A DNA stretch of 64,000 bases from an uncultured Planctomycetaceae bacterium (GTDB lineage Bacteria > Planctomycetota > Planctomycetia > Planctomycetales > Planctomycetaceae): positions 1 through 64,000 of the forward strand of contig CAXBME010000027.1 of NCBI GenBank assembly GCA_963976765.1, in the 5' to 3' direction. Shown here one piece after another: positions 57,349 through 64,000 of the stretch. The stretch's first letter is position 1, and each line of letters opens with the position of its first letter. A model generated the notes under the pieces. It was not told the DNA's origin. It saw only the letters and a program-made list of their open reading frames with translations, and made no database searches. The position numbers and the translations under genes are program-made.

Positions 57349-59220
57349 ATGCCGAGACCACCATGGAGCGGACAATACGAAAGTCTGTACAAGCCGCTCG
57401 GCGACGACTTCTGTCGGTCAATCATCGCGGACGGCGAGAACATGCTGTCCTGGCTGCGCAATCAGGTCAGTTTTCAATTAAACCACGGCGACGCGCCAGA
57501 CAGCTCAGTGATTGAGTTGTGCATGCTGGCGTTGGCTGGCGATCCGGACTTCTGCCGGTTCGCTGTTGAACGTATCGCACGCGACGGTGGCAGGAGTGCG
57601 GACGTGGATGTCAATCTGCTCGATGCGCGAGATCGATGGAAATTGGCGCGATCGTGCAGCCAGGCCATCCGGAATGGGGAAGTCACGCCTGAACCACCAC
57701 GGCTCGTTGACCAACCCAAGAGTAGTGGTGTTGGGGTCCGCACGATCTCCATGTTCGCACTGCACGATCAGGTCATCCAGAAATCACTCACCAGAGTCGC
57801 GGAGTGCATCATTGATTCACGGCTGCCTTCTGAGCTGATCGGCAGTCGTCGGGGTGGGAGCCGGCTGGCGCTAGTCGAGCGACTCCAGAATGCCGCTGCG
57901 GACGGGCAGACATTCCTGCTGAAGGCCGACCTGAGAAATGCCTTCGACAACGTGCCACTTGCGAGACTTGGTCAGGTGCTCGGGCGATGGCTGCCGTCGC
58001 GGCTGTGCAACCTGCTCCTGGCGTCACTGCACGCGGAGCCGCAAACCAGGGGAATCCCGCAAGGGCACGCTGTCAGTCCACGACTGCTGAATGTGTATAC
58101 GGCACAGACGATACTGCCGAAGTTGCGGGCTGAGTTTCCCGAAGTGTCGCTCACGCTGTACGTGGATGACCTGATCGCGGTCGGCGGTTCACACGAGCGG
58201 ATGAACGCGATGGGGCATCGACTTGACCAGCTGGCGACTGCCGCAGGGTTTTCGTTGAAGGCTGCTGTGGAAGACTCCGTGTTTGCCATGGCCACGATGG
58301 ATACTCCGGTCGAAGCTCTGGGCTACGGGTTCCGTGTAAAAGACGGAATTCTCGACACCACTGTTTCAGCCAGTGGCTGGGATCACCTGGAAGATCACTT
58401 TGTTGAACTCCATCGCGATGTCGACGCCCCACTTCGTGCTGCCGAGGTCATTAGCGGCTGGCTCGCTCAGAACGGCCCGTGCCTGAGCGCGGAACGCAAA
58501 GGCGAACACGTCGGGGGGATCGTCAGACGACTACGACGCTGTGGGCTTCAGGAGTGGCCCGATGAAGCGCAGGTTTCCCGCTTCTACGTCGAAGCACTTC
58601 ACCGCCACACTCCCGTCGTCGATGCCGAGTCACTGCGATGCAGAGTTCAAACGATCGAACCGTGCTTCCCTCCTGCGGGTGTGGCACTCGAAGAGCTCGA
58701 ACGCGAGCCTCAGTTCTTCGCCTTCGTCCACGCGTGGTACCCACAACAGGAGCAGGGCCTTCAGCGCGAACCAGGCCGCGGCGGCTGGGCCTGGGTGATA
58801 ACGGATTCAGGCCACCGCATTCTCGACCACGGTTGCGGCACGGCGGAGAACACCTCACACGACCTGTTGTTTCTTGACGCCATCGAAGGCATCGCAAACC
58901 GCCTGCCGATCGTGCCCTCCGGAGACGCCCGTGTCGAGCTGGTAATGGGCTCGGCAAGTTTCAAACATGAACTCGGACGTAGTGTCCAGTCTTCAGGTGG
59001 GACAGTCCCCGTCGATCCGACCAAGTCATTCAGTCAGCGTTTCCGCCACGTCAGGCAGCGTCTGACCAGCCATGTCTCAGACATCAGGCTGCTACAGAAA
59101 AAAGACCTGAAAGTCTTCGAGTCATCTGAGCGAGGCCGCATGGCAAAGACTGTCCGATTCTGGGCGGAGCAGGCCGCCATCGACAGCCGATTGGCGTCGA
59201 CTGTCGAGTCCGCAGGATAG
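57349..59220 (+). CDS. Group II-like reverse transcriptase fused to degenerate RNase H-like domain
   Basis: HDQVIQ, GSRRGGS, KADLRNAFDNV, GIPQGHAVSP, YVDD (58159-70), ALGY; C-terminal PGRGGWAWV; AAGGAGG RBS. Confidence 0.9.
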   Translation: MPRPPWSGQYESLYKPLGDDFCRSIIADGENMLSWLRNQVSFQLNHGDAPDSSVIELCMLALAGDPDFCRFAVERIARDGGRSADVDVNLLDARDRWKLARSCSQAIRNGEVTPEPPRLVDQPKSSGVGVRTISMFALHDQVIQKSLTRVAECIIDSRLPSELIGSRRGGSRLALVERLQNAAADGQTFLLKADLRNAFDNVPLARLGQVLGRWLPSRLCNLLLASLHAEPQTRGIPQGHAVSPRLLNVYTAQTILPKLRAEFPEVSLTLYVDDLIAVGGSHERMNAMGHRLDQLATAAGFSLKAAVEDSVFAMATMDTPVEALGYGFRVKDGILDTTVSASGWDHLEDHFVELHRDVDAPLRAAEVISGWLAQNGPCLSAERKGEHVGGIVRRLRRCGLQEWPDEAQVSRFYVEALHRHTPVVDAESLRCRVQTIEPCFPPAGVALEELEREPQFFAFVHAWYPQQEQGLQREPGRGGWAWVITDSGHRILDHGCGTAENTSHDLLFLDAIEGIANRLPIVPSGDARVELVMGSASFKHELGRSVQSSGGTVPVDPTKSFSQRFRHVRQRLTSHVSDIRLLQKKDLKVFESSERGRMAKTVRFWAEQAAIDSRLASTVESAG

Positions 59221-59909
59221 TCGCGGAGAGAAACTACAAGTTCCTATGGCTTGAGGCCCCTGACAACTCACTCGCCGGTTGCGGTCTGCCAAACCCCTCG
59301 TCGATCTGGAGCTCACCAACCAGCCACTGCAGGGCTTCCGCCAGCAGGTCGTCGGGGCCTCCGGAAGAGTCCTTATCGCTCATCGAATGCGGTGCGTGGC
59401 CAGGAAAGTACGACTCGATCCCTGAATATGGCACGTTGTCTCTCAGAGAGCGAGGCAGACGTCTTCTTGATGCTGATAAATGATCAGTCTGTGATCTTCA
59501 AGCGTGTGCAGAGACGACTGAACTTCCGTTGGAATAAGGGCAATTCGATCTCTCTTAGAATACCCGGCGTTCCTGCGAGGCCGCAGTACTCAGCAGGTGT
59601 TACAGCCTCGCGCTGTGTGCGACCAGGCTCATGGTCAGACGGTCTCTGATGAATGGATTCGCATCGACGTTCGCCACTGAAGAACTCACGGTTGCCAACG
59701 AGCAACGGAGTAGTAGTGACTGACGCTGAGCGTCAATCAGCCGTTGGAGATGTCTGCAGCATGGGTGAGGCGATTACGATTCATTCGCGCGAAATTCACA
59801 CGATCTGCCACCAAAAAGGTATCTCCGAAGGTATCTCGCAGCCCCCAAATGACACTGAGCCGCATGTGCGGCTCAGTCGTAACTTCTTATCGAGTTGTCT
59901 GTTAGAGAA

Positions 59910-60008
59910 AATCGGGGTGACAAGACACCAATTGAACTTTTTATCACCGGGGTGAGGGGCTGGGAAGCCGGGCTGAGGCGGCGGTTAGATGGTGATAAGC
60001 CCAATTAA
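59910..60008 (+). repeat. att-like repeat copy 1 (tRNA-Pro 3' end + conserved peptide tail)
   Basis: aatcggggtgacaagacaccaattgaacttttt; reverse complement contains TGTCACCCCGA. Confidence 0.65.
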
Positions 60009-60216
60009 AATTGTTGGTTACGTCCTTGCGTTCTCAGAGTTCCTGTGTCTTCCGGCATCGAGAGTGTCAAGTTTTGTTGCATGAAAACTTGACGCTCGGC
60101 AGCAGCTTGTGCCCGAACCTGTCAGGGAGATTCCCTCCAATGAGCAGGGGTTCCCGGCTACCCCACTCATATTTGAAAGGCGTTGCATTTCGCCTCTTTT
60201 CTGATATGATTGGGGC

Positions 60217-61035
60217 ATGAGCAGCATTCAGGAATTTGTCGATTCACAGCTTGTCCGGGGACGGGGGTTTTTCACGAAACCAACCGCCCAGGCTGATCTC
60301 GGCCTATCGCCGGAAGCGCTGAAGTCGGCTATCGTCCGGCTTTCAAGGAAGGGAAACCTTGTTTCGCCACGTCGGGGGTTCTACCTGATTCTCAGGCCCG
60401 AAGACCGTGCGCTTGGCGCTCCCGACCCCGCTCGATGGATCGACCCGCTCATGAAGTTTGTGGAGGTTGATTACCGCGTCTCCCTGCTTCGTGCAGCGGC
60501 GTTTCATGGGGCGGCACACCAGGCCGCGATGGTCTTTCAGGTGATCGCACCGCGACAACTGCCGGACATTGAGATTGGCCGGCAGCGCATCGAGTTCCTG
60601 TTCCAGTCGTCGCGAGTATTCGCCAAGGTAAATCGCCCCGAGTGGCTGGCGCAACTCAAGACGGATGACGGGTTTGCCAAGGTCGCTGGCGTGGAACTGA
60701 CCCTGCTCGACATCTCCCGATATTTCCATCAAGCAGGTGGGATCAACGGGGCGGCGCAGGCCGTTCACGATCTGGGCAAGAAAGCCGACGCCCGCATTCT
60801 CGCCAAGGCAGCATCAGCCTACGAGAACTCGGGGGTTCGGCGGCTTGGCTACCTACTGGAGCGGTTCGGGCATTCCAAGCAGGCCAATGCACTGAAGCCC
60901 TTTGCCGAGAAGGCCAAGTCGTTCAAGCCGCTCGATCCTTCGGTCAAGCCCATCGTTCCCGAACTGGCCGAGATGGAGGAGCGAAACCCGGACTGGAAAC
61001 TCGTCATCAATGTGCCCGTGGAGATTGACCAATGA
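60217..61035 (+). CDS. abiEi: Type IV TA antitoxin AbiEi family
   Basis: N-terminal wHTH, RGFYLI, YRVSLLRAAAFHG..HQ, ELTLLD, RRLGYLLE. Confidence 0.88.
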   Translation: MSSIQEFVDSQLVRGRGFFTKPTAQADLGLSPEALKSAIVRLSRKGNLVSPRRGFYLILRPEDRALGAPDPARWIDPLMKFVEVDYRVSLLRAAAFHGAAHQAAMVFQVIAPRQLPDIEIGRQRIEFLFQSSRVFAKVNRPEWLAQLKTDDGFAKVAGVELTLLDISRYFHQAGGINGAAQAVHDLGKKADARILAKAASAYENSGVRRLGYLLERFGHSKQANALKPFAEKAKSFKPLDPSVKPIVPELAEMEERNPDWKLVINVPVEIDQ

Positions 61036-61907
61036 TTCCATTGGCACACATCCAGCAATGGACGGCGCACGCTCCCTGGCCTGATCTGCGGCAGGTAGAG
61101 CAGGATTTGATGATCTGCCGGGCCATGTGCGACCTGTTCAACAACCCGCAATTGCAAGGCAAGATTGCTTTTCGCGGCGGCACGGCCATCAACAAGTTAT
61201 TGTTCCACCGGCCGCTGAGGTATTCGGAGGACATCGACCTGGTTCAAACGCAACCAGATCCGATTGGCGGCATCATCGACGGGATTCGAGATGCCCTTTA
61301 CTGGCTGGGGAAGTGCAACCGCGATCAGGCTCCCCACACGACGCATCTGGTCTTCAGATTCACCCCGGAGGCTGGTGGCGGCTCGCTCAAGCTCAAAATC
61401 GAGATCAACACGCGGGAACACCAGAACCTTCACGGCCTGAAAACCTATCCGTTCGAGGTCGTCAGTGACTGGCACCAGGCGAAGGCCGACATCGTATCGT
61501 TCGAGCCGGAGGAACTTTTCGGCACGAAACTGCGGGCGCTGCTCCAGCGGCACAAGAACCGCGATTTGTTCGACCTCAACGAAGGACTTCTCCAACTCGG
61601 CCTCGACCGCGACAAGCTGATCGCCTGCTTCCACTACTATCTCGACCAGGAAGGCCATCCCATCAGCCGGGCGAACGCCGAAGAGCGGATGCTCAAGAAA
61701 CTCAACCAAAGCCTCACGGAAGACATCGCGCCGCTCCTTCCTCCCGGCGTGAACTTCGACGACGATGCTGCCATTGCGGCATTTGGACGGGTTTGGGGCG
61801 AACTGATCGCTCGAATTCCCGGCGAGTCGTGGAAGTCGTCGAAAACCGTGATTGAGGCGATCCGCAAGGCGAAAATTCCAGCCTTACTGGATGGTATTTA
61901 CGAATGA
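61032..61907 (+). CDS. abiEii: Type IV TA nucleotidyltransferase toxin AbiEii family
   Basis: QVEQD, FRGGTA, RYSEDIDL, KIEIN, KLRAL..R...RDLFDL. Confidence 0.92.
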   Translation: MIPLAHIQQWTAHAPWPDLRQVEQDLMICRAMCDLFNNPQLQGKIAFRGGTAINKLLFHRPLRYSEDIDLVQTQPDPIGGIIDGIRDALYWLGKCNRDQAPHTTHLVFRFTPEAGGGSLKLKIEINTREHQNLHGLKTYPFEVVSDWHQAKADIVSFEPEELFGTKLRALLQRHKNRDLFDLNEGLLQLGLDRDKLIACFHYYLDQEGHPISRANAEERMLKKLNQSLTEDIAPLLPPGVNFDDDAAIAAFGRVWGELIARIPGESWKSSKTVIEAIRKAKIPALLDGIYE

Positions 61908-61992
61908 AACCACCCTTGCCTGGGTAACGGGCTTACTCTGTTCCTCGGCGTGCATTCTGACAGCCAACACGAACGCAACGCCACTGCAACGT

Positions 61993-62093
61993 AATCGGGG
62001 TGACAAGACGCCAGTTGAATTTTTCTGGCCGGCACCCGGAGTTGGGAAACGGGTTTGCGGCGAACGTTGGACGACGGTAAGTCGCAGAACTGA
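61993..62093 (+). repeat. att-like repeat copy 2
   Basis: aatcggggtgacaagacgccagttgaatttttc, near-identical to 59910-59942. Confidence 0.65.
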
Positions 62094-62283
62094 AGGTTAT
62101 GGCCGCATTTCGCCGGGAAATGCAAGCCGGTTCCGAGAAGCCGCCACACGTCAGACGGCGAGGCCAAGTTGGACACCAAGGACGAAGTCAACGCCGTGCA
62201 TGTTCTCCGTCGGCTCCTTGCCGGGCATCGCAACAACGGCCTCGAAGAAATGTCAGGCGACAACGGATCAGACGTGATTGGCT

Positions 62284-64000
62284 TCAACCGCCGGGCTGTG
62301 TGACCGGCTTTCGCCATTCGCTCAAATGCTGCATGACGACATAGAACAGCGGCACGAAGAAGACGGCCAAGATGGTGGAAGTGATCATTCCGCCGACCAC
62401 GGCCGTTCCCAAGGACTGCTGGCTGGCGGCCCCCGCTCCCTGGGCTCTGACCAGAGGCACGACGCCCAGAATAAAGGCGAAGGAGGTCATCAAAATCGGG
62501 CGAAAGCGCAGACGCGAGGCCTCGATTGCCGCTTCGCGAATACTTCGCCCGTGCATGCGCAATTCTCGTGCGAACTCGACGATGAGAATCGCATTCTTGC
62601 TGGCCAGCGCAATGATCAAGACTGTTCCGATCTGCGTGTAGACATTGTTGTCCATTCCACGGAACGAAACTGCGGCTACGATGCCAAGCATTCCGATTGG
62701 AACAACGAGAATCACGGCAAAAGGGAGAATCCAGCTCTCGTATTGGGCAGCGAGGACGAGGTACACGAGCAATACGGCCAGGGCAAACACTACGAGCGCC
62801 TGCCCGCCTACCAGTTTTTCCTGGTAGGCCATGCCCGTCCAGTCGAATCCCATCGTGTTTGGAAGCACTTCGCGGGCAACCTTCTCCATCGCCTCAAGCG
62901 CTTCGCCAGAGCTTCGTCCCGGAGCCGCCGAACCAATGATCGATGCGGTCGGATACAGGTTGTACCGGTTAATCACCTGCGGCCCGAAGGCTTCGTCAAC
63001 GGTAAGCACTGATCCAATCGGAATCATTTGCCCGTTGGCGTTACGCACGCGCAGGCGATACACGTCGTCAGCCGAATTGCGAAATTGCGGCTCAGCTTGA
63101 AGGCGGACCTGATAGGTGCGACCAAACTTGTTGAAATCGTTAGCATAAAACGATCCGAGATTCGCCTGCAAGGTGCTGAAAACGTCGTCCAGGTCCAGAT
63201 CCAGCTTTTGAGCTTTTACCCGATCCACATCAGCGAACAACTGAGGAACTCCCGCGCGAAACGTCGTCTGCATTGGCCCGAGCGCTGGACGGCTCTGTGC
63301 GGTCTGGATAATCTCCTGGAGGCGTTGGAACAATTCTTCTCGGCCCACGCCCGCACGGTCTTCGATCTGAATCTGAAAGCCGCCCGAGCTCCCCAGCCCT
63401 CGGATTGCCGGCGGGACGATGGGAAAAACCACTGCCTCGTGAAATTGTCCCATCTCCCGTCGCAATCTGGCGACAATCGCCTCCTGTTTGAGTTGCGAGT
63501 CATGGCGCTCGCCCCAGTCCTTGAAGACGGCGAAGGCCGTGGCGGCATTGGGGGCGGTCGTTCCATCCAGAATCGAGAGGCCGCCGAGAACCAACCAGTT
63601 GTCAATCGCCGGTTCATCCGCAAACACCTTGTCCAGCTTGTCCACGACCGCCCTGGTCCGCTCCTGCGATGCCCCGTCAGGCAACTGAACGCTCACCAAC
63701 ACGTATCCCTGATCCTCTGTCGGCAAGAACCCGGTTGGCAGAGAGAAATACCACCAGGCGGTACCGGCGATCAGCCCGAAAAAGAGCAGCATCCCGACCA
63801 CGGCCACGCGCAGAAACAGGCCAAGAAGCCACACATAGAAGCGCTCGACCCAGCCATAGACTCGATTGAATGCTCGGACGAAAAGATTGCGTTTTTCAGG
63901 CAGCGGACGAAGATAGGTCGCGCACTGCACCGGCTTCAGGGTCAGGGCGTTGATTGCGCTAAGGATGGCTGTCGCCGTGATGGTCAGGGCGAATTGCCGG
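62284..64000 (-). CDS. RND efflux permease (AcrB/MexF family), 5' part outside window
   Basis: GFLPTEDQG, LAAQYESW, LASKNAILIVEFA, RFRPILMTS. Confidence 0.95.
   Translation of the reverse strand, partial: RQFALTITATAILSAINALTLKPVQCATYLRPLPEKRNLFVRAFNRVYGWVERFYVWLLGLFLRVAVVGMLLFFGLIAGTAWWYFSLPTGFLPTEDQGYVLVSVQLPDGASQERTRAVVDKLDKVFADEPAIDNWLVLGGLSILDGTTAPNAATAFAVFKDWGERHDSQLKQEAIVARLRREMGQFHEAVVFPIVPPAIRGLGSSGGFQIQIEDRAGVGREELFQRLQEIIQTAQSRPALGPMQTTFRAGVPQLFADVDRVKAQKLDLDLDDVFSTLQANLGSFYANDFNKFGRTYQVRLQAEPQFRNSADDVYRLRVRNANGQMIPIGSVLTVDEAFGPQVINRYNLYPTASIIGSAAPGRSSGEALEAMEKVAREVLPNTMGFDWTGMAYQEKLVGGQALVVFALAVLLVYLVLAAQYESWILPFAVILVVPIGMLGIVAAVSFRGMDNNVYTQIGTVLIIALASKNAILIVEFARELRMHGRSIREAAIEASRLRFRPILMTSFAFILGVVPLVRAQGAGAASQQSLGTAVVGGMITSTILAVFFVPLFYVVMQHLSEWRKPVTQPGG

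Noticed and set aside
56793..57515. 240-aa ORF upstream of and overlapping the RT
   Set aside because: R/T/S-rich with no motifs and no clear RBS; it overlaps the RT by 167 nt in another frame. The region is better explained as structured RNA.
57349..59220. RT as a classical retron or DGR
   Set aside because: No VTG in region 7, NAAAD instead of NAxxH, and no adenine-variant template/variable repeat pair or avd gene seen.
59234..59800. Small ORFs downstream of the RT as system components
   Set aside because: Short, overlapping on both strands, with no motifs or convincing RBS.
56729..59900. RT locus as a group II intron
   Set aside because: No recognisable domain V/VI after the ORF and no maturase X/En domain; the C-terminus is RNase H-like. 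The gagccgcatg hairpin near 59857 resembles a domain V start but is a short perfect hairpin. A covariance search is needed to exclude it fully.
30600..59900. Intact prophage or conjugative element
   Set aside because: No terminase, capsid, tail, relaxase, T4SS or integrase genes recognised in the window.

Overview
High-GC bacterial DNA, most likely a planctomycete (inferred from the ECF sigma/Ser-Thr kinase pair and the gene families present). Almost the whole window looks accessory. (1) 1-1.6 kb: the 5' part of a minus-strand tRNA array (13 tRNAs visible, including Ile-UAU and Arg-UCG, no encoded CCA). It is preceded by a 32-aa leader peptide, an antiterminator and a terminator, i.e. an attenuator. 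(2) 1.7-30.6 kb: one roughly 29-kb minus-strand defence gene run. It is a type 6-order BREX (brxE-A-B-C-pglX-pglZ-brxD-brxHI) with a PHP-ATPase and a Schlafen/AlbA_2 gene inserted after pglX. It continues, with overlapping start/stop codons, into a GIY-YIG nuclease and a hypothetical + PLD + SNF2-like helicase trio. pglX carries four in-frame palindromic REP-like inserts. (3) 30.9-37.9 kb: a mobile-element backbone (DUF1257/DUF2997/AAA ATPase, beta-clamp-like protein, PD-(D/E)XK nuclease). (4) 38-47.4 kb: FHA/kinase/ABC and ECF sigma/kinase-WD40 signalling genes. (5) 47.5-59.9 kb: further element genes (Cys-rich Rep-like protein, Gp37/Gp68, ParB, RHH). This part includes the best novel-system candidate: a motif-dead SF2 helicase, an approximately 550-nt highly structured non-coding region, and a group II-like reverse transcriptase fused to a degenerate RNase H. 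(6) 59.9-62.1 kb: an AbiE toxin-antitoxin pair between two tRNA-Pro-derived att-like repeats, followed by a partial RND permease. All calls come from reading motifs by eye; no database searches were run.
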